Shown: positions 31,321 to 39,392 of the stretch, in pieces
Layout of the letters: every line of letters begins with the position of its first letter
Position numbering within the stretch: the first letter of the stretch is position 1
Assembly (NCBI GenBank): GCA_037305845.1
Contig: CP147778.1
Span: 3,360,001 to 3,424,000 of the forward strand
Reading direction: 5' to 3'
DNA length: 64,000 nt
Source: Candidatus Freyarchaeum deiterrae
GTDB lineage: Archaea; Asgardarchaeota; Jordiarchaeia; Jordiarchaeales; Jordiarchaeaceae
The notes under the pieces: generated by a model
What the model saw: the letters and a program-made list of their open reading frames with translations, nothing else
Databases searched by the model: none
What the model was told of the DNA's origin: nothing
Made by a program: the position numbers and the translations under genes

Positions 31321-32154
31321 TTATAGTTTTAAGGCGTCAAAATTGGCAGGAGGTTCGATTCCTAAATACTCACGATATATTCTAATCTTGTATTTGACAC
31401 CAATTTCATTCACAGCGTTAATGAATGCGTTATAAGTTCCCGCTCCACCAATTTTATCCCAAAAATCATTTCCAATTAATACTACCTTGTCTTTTTGCAT
31501 GTTAAACCACCGTGCTGGAAAACTCCATGAATAATTCTCTCTTGTCCCATAGGGATTGTATGGTAATGCGTAATATGCGCCGTCAATCTGTGACGGTTCC
31601 ATACAATAGAGTTTCAAGATTTTCTCCTTGCTCACTTTTGTTTGGTCACTATTTGGTAAAGGAGCTTTTAATTCGAAAGCGTATTTCTTTCCGCTTATTC
31701 TATCCTCAGCGTAAACATCGCATATGACCGATGTTGGAATTAACTCCCCTTTTCCTTTTGAGATATATTTCAATTCAGCATTCCAATCAGGTTTAATTTT
31801 CTCTTGACCTTTTTCGGAATGTTCCAATCTATTCAGAATTTCTTGAATCCGATGAAGACGTTCTTCTCTAACCATCCCGTCGATGCGATGTTCCATGTCA
31901 CCGTATCCCAACCCATAGGTTGCAGCAACAACGGCTAATTTTTCCCATACTTTTCCAAAAGGAGTAACAAAACGTCTTTCAAAGTGTGACCCTTTAAAAA
32001 TCTCGTCGGGAACTAAAGCGGCATACAATGGCTTATTTGAATGGTGTTCTTCCTTAACAAAAGGGTCGGTATATAAAACATTATTCATTACGCTATCCAT
32101 CATCTCTTTTATTACATCTTGAATTGCCAATTTTTTTTGGTCAGTATCAACCAT
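31321..32154 (-). CDS. Type II restriction endonuclease, TdeIII/MjaII-like
   Basis: FERRFVTPFGKVWE, D-x-ELKAPLPNSDQ PD-(D/E)xK core, ALPYNPYG; adjacent to an MTase. Confidence 0.85.
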   Translation of the reverse strand: MVDTDQKKLAIQDVIKEMMDSVMNNVLYTDPFVKEEHHSNKPLYAALVPDEIFKGSHFERRFVTPFGKVWEKLAVVAATYGLGYGDMEHRIDGMVREERLHRIQEILNRLEHSEKGQEKIKPDWNAELKYISKGKGELIPTSVICDVYAEDRISGKKYAFELKAPLPNSDQTKVSKEKILKLYCMEPSQIDGAYYALPYNPYGTRENYSWSFPARWFNMQKDKVVLIGNDFWDKIGGAGTYNAFINAVNEIGVKYKIRIYREYLGIEPPANFDALKL

Positions 32155-32170
32155 TATCTCATTACCTCAA

Positions 32171-33400
32171 TCATGGTTTTTGCCAAACGAATATTGATTC
32201 ATAAAATTCGCTTGCTCGTCTGCCAGTTCTACGGTTTACATGACGATTAATGATGCATTCGCATTTTACTCCAGCTAATTCTGCAATTCTTTCATACAGT
32301 CCTTTGCTGTCATTTGCTACAACTATCATTCGTCCGCCTGATGCCATTGATTTAGCTGCGTTGAGAAATACGAGAGCGATGTCTTTCTGGTATGTTTCTT
32401 GTGAACTCTTACTTGACCCATTCACAGCAGCTCCAATTTCTGATTCGCGTCTATCTTCAAGCCCTAATAAGTGGTATGCATAAGCATGTTGTTCATGATA
32501 ATCAATCAGACCGACGTATGGTGGGCTGGTCATTACTCCATCAATTTTTGGAAAATTAATTTTACGCGAATCATCATTATATATCGATATTTTAGCTTTT
32601 GTTCGTAATTTATCAAATTCTTTAATTCTTTTTATTGTGTCTAAACTATACCTGCGAATAAATTTGAATGCCTCTATTGTTGGAGAGCATTGACGATTAT
32701 GTTTATAACAATGATAAGAAACCAATTGAGGTTTTTTAGGAAAATCCAAATCAAAATGTGTGGTCAAACGTGCTGACCGTGCAGACCTTGAAAGGATTAT
32801 TTTTAGTAAATCTTGATATTCATAACCGCCCGTTTCAATAAAGTATCGATATGTCAACAATTCTCTTAAGGCAATTGGAGCAAACCACGTCCGTAAATAT
32901 TCGTTATCAGTGTCTGATAAATCCAATTGACTAAGTTGTTTACCCTGTAGATCGACTTGAGCTGGATTGATTTGTGTTGAATCATGAACCTTACTTAAGA
33001 TATTTTTAATCTCTTTTTCCATTTTTTTCAAATTATACTCAGCTGTTTTAGCTCGGCTCAAAAGAACGTTAAAAGCGGAAATATCATACCCAATGGCATT
33101 GATACCTAACTCGTTTGCTTGAACGAGTGTTGTCCCTGAACCCGAAAATGGGTCAAGTACGGTCTGTCCTTTAACAAAATATTTCCTTAAGAAAATTTCC
33201 GCTAATTGAGGAATAAATTTTCCAAGATATGGATGTAATCTATGAACATGTTTTGTCCTTTCACGTTCAGGTAAGTCCTTCTCCGTCCAATTCAAATTTA
33301 AATCTTCTAAGGGTGTTTCCGATGTTACTGTTGAAGGCAACGTGGGTGTACTTTTTTGGGCAATATATACTGGACAACGAAGTTCTTCATTTGTTCTCAT
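32171..33400 (-). CDS. N4-cytosine-type DNA methyltransferase of the type II R-M pair
   Basis: HRLHPYLGKFIPQL, DPFSGSGTT (motif I) before TSPPY (motif IV). Confidence 0.9.
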   Translation of the reverse strand: MRTNEELRCPVYIAQKSTPTLPSTVTSETPLEDLNLNWTEKDLPERERTKHVHRLHPYLGKFIPQLAEIFLRKYFVKGQTVLDPFSGSGTTLVQANELGINAIGYDISAFNVLLSRAKTAEYNLKKMEKEIKNILSKVHDSTQINPAQVDLQGKQLSQLDLSDTDNEYLRTWFAPIALRELLTYRYFIETGGYEYQDLLKIILSRSARSARLTTHFDLDFPKKPQLVSYHCYKHNRQCSPTIEAFKFIRRYSLDTIKRIKEFDKLRTKAKISIYNDDSRKINFPKIDGVMTSPPYVGLIDYHEQHAYAYHLLGLEDRRESEIGAAVNGSSKSSQETYQKDIALVFLNAAKSMASGGRMIVVANDSKGLYERIAELAGVKCECIINRHVNRRTGRRASEFYESIFVWQKP

Positions 33401-33507
33401 AGTTTACTATCCCAAATCTCTTTGATTGCTTTCAATTCTTAGCCATTATCTTTTTTAGGTATTGTTATTATTTATCCTTAACTGTTTTTCTTTTGCTTTT
33501 ACCCCTA

Positions 33508-33577
33508 TGCCCCTCCTCCTCCTCCCCTTGCATTCCCACCCCTACCCTCTACCCAATAGAATTTTAGGAGGGGCGCT
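33508..33577 (+). repeat. C-rich dispersed repeat, copy B
   Basis: CTCCCCTTGCATTCCCACCCCTACCCTCTACCCAATAGAATTTTAGGAGGGG. Confidence 0.85.
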
Positions 33578-33718
33578 GTGGAGCGCTTCTGTTTATTTAT
33601 TTTGAAGAGAATTGGGAACTGGTGATATTTGGACAATAGAGGGACTGGTGGGGCTTTAAAACGGTGTCTGAAAATGAGTCTTGAATGACTAAATTCGGTC
33701 TTGATTGTAAAAGGTAAT

Positions 33719-33795
33719 AATAATATGATGATGGGCAAAGGCAGGTAGGCCTGCCTGGTTCGAGCGTATTTTGCCAGTTGATACGCTATATTATT
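33719..33795. ncRNA. Candidate pseudoknotted structured RNA/DNA element
   Basis: Four perfect helices: AATAATAT/ATATTATT, GGCAAA/TTTGCC, GGCAGG/CCTGCC and AGCGTAT/ATACGCT. Confidence 0.4.
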
Positions 33796-33897
33796 GTGTT
33801 AATTTTTTTAATATCTTCTAATCTGTTTTTTTATGGGTAAACTGCCTTGTTGTGGCTTCTGTGGGTTTTAATCTGTCCTTTGGCTGATTGGTTTTTA

Positions 33898-34278
33898 TCA
33901 GTTTTCAACGTGACTTCCACAGTTGGAACAGTAAACTGCATTGGGAGCCAGTTTGGCACCACAGTAGGTACAGAATGGACCGTTTTCCATTTCATGGGTA
34001 GCAACCGCTTCATGATCCTCGGGAGTTATTTCCAATTTTTGGATGCCCAATCTTTTCATCTCTGCTTTTAGATCCTCCTCGGTCAAGTTCTGGGCAGATT
34101 TTCCAGTTGCCATCTCTATTCTTCTCACATCATCCATGTGTAACTTGTACATCAATGTTCCAAAGAAGAAGAGCATCCACGTCCTTCTCGTTATTATCCA
34201 AGGTAATCGAAACAACAGGTATCTTCTAAATCGAGCCCTTCTCACAGCTCGCCTCATAACTCTTCGCGGTCTCATCAT
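33898..34278 (-). CDS. Arg-rich N-terminus plus C-terminal zinc-ribbon protein
   Basis: CTYCG......AVYCSNCG; GAGGTGA SD. Confidence 0.75.
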   Translation of the reverse strand: MMRPRRVMRRAVRRARFRRYLLFRLPWIITRRTWMLFFFGTLMYKLHMDDVRRIEMATGKSAQNLTEEDLKAEMKRLGIQKLEITPEDHEAVATHEMENGPFCTYCGAKLAPNAVYCSNCGSHVEN

Positions 34279-34430
34279 TTCACCTCATCATCTATTCTCT
34301 CTACTTTCCTCTTTTAATTAAGGTGCAATTAAAAAAAAGCGGGGATAAAAACTTTATGGATTGTGCAGTTAATGTTAAGTCCACCTATTTTTGGGCATTC
34401 TAGAAACTTTTGGAGCGCTAAAATGGCATA

Positions 34431-34991
34431 CTAAAAAAATAAACCTCCTATGAGAATTTCTAGTCCTATACCGATTAAAATGAGACCTCCTATTATTTCG
34501 ACTTTTCTCTTCAAAGCTTGTCCGAATCTGCACCCAACAAAAACTCCCAGGAAAGTTAGGAGAAACGTCACAGTTCCAATCACTATTATTGGGGTTAGAA
34601 TAAAAACGCCTAAAATCCCAAAGCTCACCCCAACGGCGAAGGCATCGATACTTGTAGCAATCGAAAGTATCAACAAAACATGAACACTCAGAGGGTTGAT
34701 TTTTTTCTCGCTTTTTTCTTTTTTAATTGATTCGTAAATCATCCTACCACCGACAAAACCAAGGAGCCCGAAAGCAATCCAGTGGTCTACCCCCGAAACC
34801 AAATCTGACAAACCGTTTCCCGCTAACCACCCTAACACTGGAAAACCCGCCTGAAATAATCCGAAAAACAGAGCAATCTTTGCAGCGTCCCTGATTCTTG
34901 CCTGTTTAACGGTTACTCCACAAGTAACAGACGCAGCAAAAGAATCCATGGATAATCCAACTGCTATCAATAAAATCGAAATAATGTCCGT
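34431..34991 (-). CDS. mntP: Manganese efflux pump MntP; start uncertain (ACG at the homologous Met)
   Basis: LLIAVGLSMDSFA, FGLFQ, DHWIAFGLL, SIATSIDAFAVG and EIIGGLILIGIG. Confidence 0.9.
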   Translation of the reverse strand, partial: TDIISILLIAVGLSMDSFAASVTCGVTVKQARIRDAAKIALFFGLFQAGFPVLGWLAGNGLSDLVSGVDHWIAFGLLGFVGGRMIYESIKKEKSEKKINPLSVHVLLILSIATSIDAFAVGVSFGILGVFILTPIIVIGTVTFLLTFLGVFVGCRFGQALKRKVEIIGGLILIGIGLEILIGGLFF

Positions 34992-35219
34992 TTGATTGTT
35001 ACTGGGTAGCCAGTTTAATCCGCCTAAATTCCCTAGCGCATACTCCTTGACTGAAAGAAGTAACATTATAAAAGGCCAGTACAATATCCTAGTTTTCTCG
35101 TAATTTATCCTACGACTAGTCATCATTATAACAATCCATTTACTAATTTTTAATTATTTGTAGTAGAATAAACGTTCAGCCTAGGAAGCCTCTTATAAAT
35201 GAATCTACAAAATTTAGTT

Positions 35220-36053
35220 CTAATTTTCCGGATAATCACTTCTCTTATGAATCCTTTTCTTGTACCGGTATTCATCCACTTTTAAAAGATTCATCACTTT
35301 GACCGGTTCCTTTTTTACCAAGTTTCTACAAGCCCGATACGCTATCCAGTAGGAGTTTTTATCCCCGCTCTCGACCAGCTCTTTAACTAAATCATAAACG
35401 AGATCCGGGAGCTTCCTTGCCAAGTCGCTGAGATTGTTCCCCACAGCAGTGCGAGGATAGGCTGCTTTCTCCTTAAACAGGTGTTTCAGTACGGATAACG
35501 GGTAATCCGGATTCTGGTAGAACCATCTGTTCTCCTGCACTGGTCTTAGAGTTTCGGCAACGAACCGCCTTATTTTAGCATCTTCTGAATTCACCAGTTG
35601 CAGTAAATATTCCTTCGCTTCGTCGGGATACTTTTTTATAAGTTTGCGGAAAAACATTTGGGCCATTTCACGCATATCGAACTCGGGAGAAACGGCTGCG
35701 GCTTCAAAAAAGGGAAGCACTTTCCTATAATCACCAAGCCCGTAGAAGGATAATACTCCCAAGGAAACACCTTTGCTTTTGTAATCATCGCCTCTTTCGA
35801 AGATACTTGAAGCAATTTGGTATATCGGTGCATCCATTTCAACAAAACGAATGTAAAGGTATTCACTTAGAACTTTTATTGTATGAACTCTTCCGTATGA
35901 AATGCGTTTATTATCCGGAATGTTTGCATAGAGTTCATCTAGTGTATTAGTAACATTTTTTATTGCTGAATCATAATCGCTGTTCAAGACAAGTTTTATG
36001 ATGTCATTTTGTATCTTTTTCCCCAATTCTTCGGTCAATATTTTCATAAGCAA
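35220..36053 (-). CDS. HEAT-repeat DNA alkylation repair-like protein
   Basis: IRRFVAETLRP and YPRTAVGNNLSDLAR HEAT-type pattern. Confidence 0.65.
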   Translation of the reverse strand: MLMKILTEELGKKIQNDIIKLVLNSDYDSAIKNVTNTLDELYANIPDNKRISYGRVHTIKVLSEYLYIRFVEMDAPIYQIASSIFERGDDYKSKGVSLGVLSFYGLGDYRKVLPFFEAAAVSPEFDMREMAQMFFRKLIKKYPDEAKEYLLQLVNSEDAKIRRFVAETLRPVQENRWFYQNPDYPLSVLKHLFKEKAAYPRTAVGNNLSDLARKLPDLVYDLVKELVESGDKNSYWIAYRACRNLVKKEPVKVMNLLKVDEYRYKKRIHKRSDYPEN

Positions 36054-36142
36054 TCTCCATTCATTATTTATGTTCGTGTTAGAAGATCGTTACGAAAAGG
36101 ATTACGCTTTTCTCGGAATTCGATAAATTTTATTACATCATA

Positions 36143-36787
36143 CTAAAGTCTTTTCGTCAAGGACTGTACAAATATGGTCACCATTACGGCTAAAAACTCA
36201 AAATCGATTATTTGAGTCGCGTTAAGATCGAACAACAGGGTTGCCCTCGCAGGAAATTCATCATCCCGATCGTAAAAAATAATCTGTAGTAAAATGTGTG
36301 GAAGCATTTCAAAAATTAGACTCACTGAGTCCAAGCCTGCTTCACCTCCTTGGCGGCCCCCATAACGAGCCGCGGATAATAACAATTCAGGAACGCGTCC
36401 TTGGAATCGCTTTATAATTGGACGCTCTAAGGCGCTACTGGAATAACTACCTAGTTTGAAAAAAGGTCCTGCAAGTTCCGCAAAAGTTACAAATTTTCCT
36501 GCTGGCCGGCAACAACTACCTTTCAAAATATAGTGGATTACGACACTTCCAGTATTATCCGTGAATTCTTTGCCATCAGATCTTCGTACGCCCTCATTAG
36601 ATACTAGGAAAGTCGTACCCAAAAACGGGATAATGGCTTCTCCAGCATCGTTCAATGCAAGACCTAGATTCCCTGCTGAAGTGGCAATATCCTTATTTTT
36701 AAGTTGCTCGATAAGATCTTCATAAATCTTCCTATAACCATCATTTGGTCCGTTCTTTTTCAACATATGAATTCTATTCCTTCGCAT
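36143..36787 (-). CDS. DUF3786 family protein
   Basis: ILHY-like motif, FVTFAEL, LP.I..QI....D.DDEFPARATLLFD. Confidence 0.75.
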   Translation of the reverse strand: MRRNRIHMLKKNGPNDGYRKIYEDLIEQLKNKDIATSAGNLGLALNDAGEAIIPFLGTTFLVSNEGVRRSDGKEFTDNTGSVVIHYILKGSCCRPAGKFVTFAELAGPFFKLGSYSSSALERPIIKRFQGRVPELLLSAARYGGRQGGEAGLDSVSLIFEMLPHILLQIIFYDRDDEFPARATLLFDLNATQIIDFEFLAVMVTIFVQSLTKRL

Positions 36788-36790
36788 ATT

Positions 36791-36937
36791 TCATAATGTA
36801 TTGTACCTATAACTACGTCTTTCACTAAACTTGTTGGTTCTACCCTTGGCGGCGGAACCGAATAGGTATGCAAATTTAACCTCTTTAAAACCATCCAGAA
36901 TCGTCCTCAACTTATTGAGCAAGTCATCAGTCACCAT
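36791..36937 (-). pseudogene. Truncated minimal nucleotidyltransferase (MNT) fragment
   Basis: MVTDDLLNKLRTILDGFKEVKFAYLFGSAAKGRTNKFS, then diverges before the DxD; GAGGT SD. Confidence 0.7.
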
Positions 36938-37008
36938 AACTTTACCTCATAGAAAAGTAATTACAATATAATACCTAAATGTTTTAACACAAATGAAGTT
37001 TTAAAAAC

Positions 37009-37902
37009 TTATTTTTTTCCTTTTTTCCTATAAGAATACATTTTGTCGTAATTATCAACATTATACTCTTTGACTAATCTATTAGTGTATTTTCTTTTCA
37101 CGCTCGCATAGTTCTTGTCGCAGTAATTTGTTTGATAGAGTTGCTCATATTTGGGCACCAAGTCTTCGTCATAATCCTTTAGAAACTCCATAAATCTCTC
37201 CCTCGCCTCTCCACGAAAATTAAGCACATCCAAGATCACATAATCTGCCCCCACATCCGATGCCGCTTTTACAAGTTCTTCTATATCTTTTTCGCTATCC
37301 GTAATGTATGGTAATAAGGGAATCGCTGTAACTCCCACAGTAATTCCCGCTTCATGAAGTTTCTGAATTACTTCAAGCCTCTTTTCCACGCTAGTAATAT
37401 TCAGCTCTATTTTTTTCCTTAAATCTTCGTTCAAAGTGGGTAAGGTAATATCCACGTTAAGAAAACCGGTTGAAGCAATCTCCGTGAGAATATCTAGATC
37501 TCTTAATACCAAATCCGATTTGGTGGTGAGCAACAAGGAATTATGATGCTTTAAGAAAACATTCAACACCTCTCTAGTAATTTTGAACTTTGCCTCCGCC
37601 GGCTGATAGGGGTCAGTGACAGTGGCGAGGTTAACCGTCAATTTTTTGTTCCATTTCTCTCTTGAAAACTCCTTATCTAGAACTTCTGCCGCATTATCCT
37701 TAACGATAATTCTGTATGAAAATTCGCCTGTGGGAAGTCCAAGATATTCATGGGTGTATCTTGCATTACAGTAAACACAGTTGTGCTCACACCCTCTATA
37801 CGTGTTAACCACCCACCTGAAAGGCAAAAACCAAACATTAACGTAATGAAGCATCTTTTTAACCAGAGTGTGCTCGTAAACCACGTCTTTGAATTTCTCC
37901 AT
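37009..37902 (-). CDS. Radical SAM protein, SplB/Rv2578c-like
   Basis: NTYRGCEHNCVYCNAR, TDPYQPAE, TKSDLVLRDLD. Confidence 0.9.
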   Translation of the reverse strand: MEKFKDVVYEHTLVKKMLHYVNVWFLPFRWVVNTYRGCEHNCVYCNARYTHEYLGLPTGEFSYRIIVKDNAAEVLDKEFSREKWNKKLTVNLATVTDPYQPAEAKFKITREVLNVFLKHHNSLLLTTKSDLVLRDLDILTEIASTGFLNVDITLPTLNEDLRKKIELNITSVEKRLEVIQKLHEAGITVGVTAIPLLPYITDSEKDIEELVKAASDVGADYVILDVLNFRGEARERFMEFLKDYDEDLVPKYEQLYQTNYCDKNYASVKRKYTNRLVKEYNVDNYDKMYSYRKKGKK

Positions 37903-38019
37903 ATTTTTGCAACCTGCTTAACATTTAGGCTAAAGGCGGTTAACATCTTGAAATAAAAAAAGGTTCGCTGATATTCAGCTTCATCTAGATAGATACTTTT
38001 ACATCGTGAGTGATTTCTT

Positions 38020-38213
38020 ATAATTCTTACCCTTGGAGATGCAGGTTAATTTTTGAGGAAGGCTTGTTGAAGCGTCCAGACAGCAGAATGAGAAGCACTG
38101 TCGTTGGAGGTTTTCGTCAGTATTTTAAAATATTTAGCAGTTCGAATGGTTTTACGACCTTTTGGAATTCGATAAACCGTATTGCATCTGTAGCTGGTAT
38201 ATCTTCCAATTGA
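38020..38213 (+). pseudogene. C-terminal remnant of V4R-like family A
   Basis: C...FEEGLLKRPDSRMR...QYFKIF, then a shifted frame reads FEWFYDLLEFDKPYCI. Confidence 0.75.
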
Positions 38214-38223
38214 ATTCAACTTC

Positions 38224-38289
38224 TGCCCCCTTCCCTTGCATTCCCACCCTTACCCCTCACCCTTTTCAGGAGTTTTAGGAGGGGAGTTG
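38224..38289 (+). repeat. C-rich dispersed repeat, copy C
   Basis: TTCCCTTGCATTCCCACCCTTACCCCTCACCC...TTTTAGGAGGGGAGTTG. Confidence 0.85.
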
Positions 38290-38394
38290 CTGGGAATAAT
38301 TTTTTGTTCCTTAAAACGAATTTTGCCGTTTTACAAATACTTATATATAAACAATTACTATAAAGTATTAAAAAAATATATAGGTAAGATTTTT

Positions 38395-39261
38395 ATGCCT
38401 TCTAGACCGGGTGGGATCATAGATCTAGCAGTTCAAGAATTGCTGTACTTTACTGCTCGTTGGCTTCCTCTGAGGCTTGTTTACCTTGCCATGGATTTCT
38501 ACGCCCGACTCAAATTTCTTCTAGGCGGTTATGCGGAATATATGCGAAATGTTCTCTACTTTTTCCCAGGGCTCAGTGATGATGCGGCTCGCCACTTGGC
38601 GAGAGGTCTTCTTATTAGTCAATATAAATTTTCTGTAGACTTTTTATTTTGTGGTAGGCTGCCTGAGAAAAAACTTGCGGTAATGTCTATCCCCGAAGGG
38701 TTGGATAAGCTGGATAAGGGACTCTCCTTAGGGCATGGAGTTATCCTTTTTTCTATGCATTCGGAAAATGTACCGGTATCGTTCTACCTTGCAGGTAGAG
38801 GCTATCCTATCAATGTTTCTATTTGGGGAAGGACCGCTAGTATTACTAAGCATGTTTATGGGAATCATTGTAGCACGGTTTCCTCCTTTGAAGAAATGAA
38901 GCAGTGCCTAAATAGAAATGAAGTTCTAGAAATCTTAATTGACGGTATGCAGGGTAAGCATCCTATCGAAGTTAATTTTTTGGGGAAAAAAGTTCTCTTC
39001 TCTCCCGGCATTGTACTGCTTGCCAAGGAAACTGGGGCAAAAGTTTACCCCGTTGTTGCATGGCGTCAGAAGGATGGTAAAATAAGGTTCTCTGTCCATA
39101 GAAATATTGACTTGGATCACTTGAATCTTGAGAATTCTGATGGAGTAAGGGAAGAGATGCAGAAGTGTGTTGACTTCTTTGAACCTTACGTAGTCGAGAA
39201 TCCTGCTGGATACTTCTACGTGTTCCGAATAGAAAGGAAAATCAAGTATTTCAGTAATTAA
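38395..39261 (+). CDS. Lysophospholipid acyltransferase superfamily protein (LpxL/HtrB-like)
   Basis: EGLDKLD.....GHGVILFS.H, L..NE...ILID, V.FLG....FSPG..LLAKETGA.V.P, E..V..NP..Y; start at ATG 38395. Confidence 0.75.
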   Translation: MPSRPGGIIDLAVQELLYFTARWLPLRLVYLAMDFYARLKFLLGGYAEYMRNVLYFFPGLSDDAARHLARGLLISQYKFSVDFLFCGRLPEKKLAVMSIPEGLDKLDKGLSLGHGVILFSMHSENVPVSFYLAGRGYPINVSIWGRTASITKHVYGNHCSTVSSFEEMKQCLNRNEVLEILIDGMQGKHPIEVNFLGKKVLFSPGIVLLAKETGAKVYPVVAWRQKDGKIRFSVHRNIDLDHLNLENSDGVREEMQKCVDFFEPYVVENPAGYFYVFRIERKIKYFSN

Positions 39262-39392
39262 AGGAATAACCAGCAGCTCATATTTTGTTGAATTAATCAT
39301 TTTCTGTTGAATAAATCCTGTTTTTGTTGAAGTAATAGTTAACGCTACTACTTTTATAACAAAAACTTATCTTGAAGACGCTAGCGGTCAGC

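Noticed and set aside
33725-33790. tRNA (GGTTCGA) or C/D box sRNA (ATGATGA)
   Set aside because: No cloverleaf and no CTGA D box; kept only as a generic structured element.
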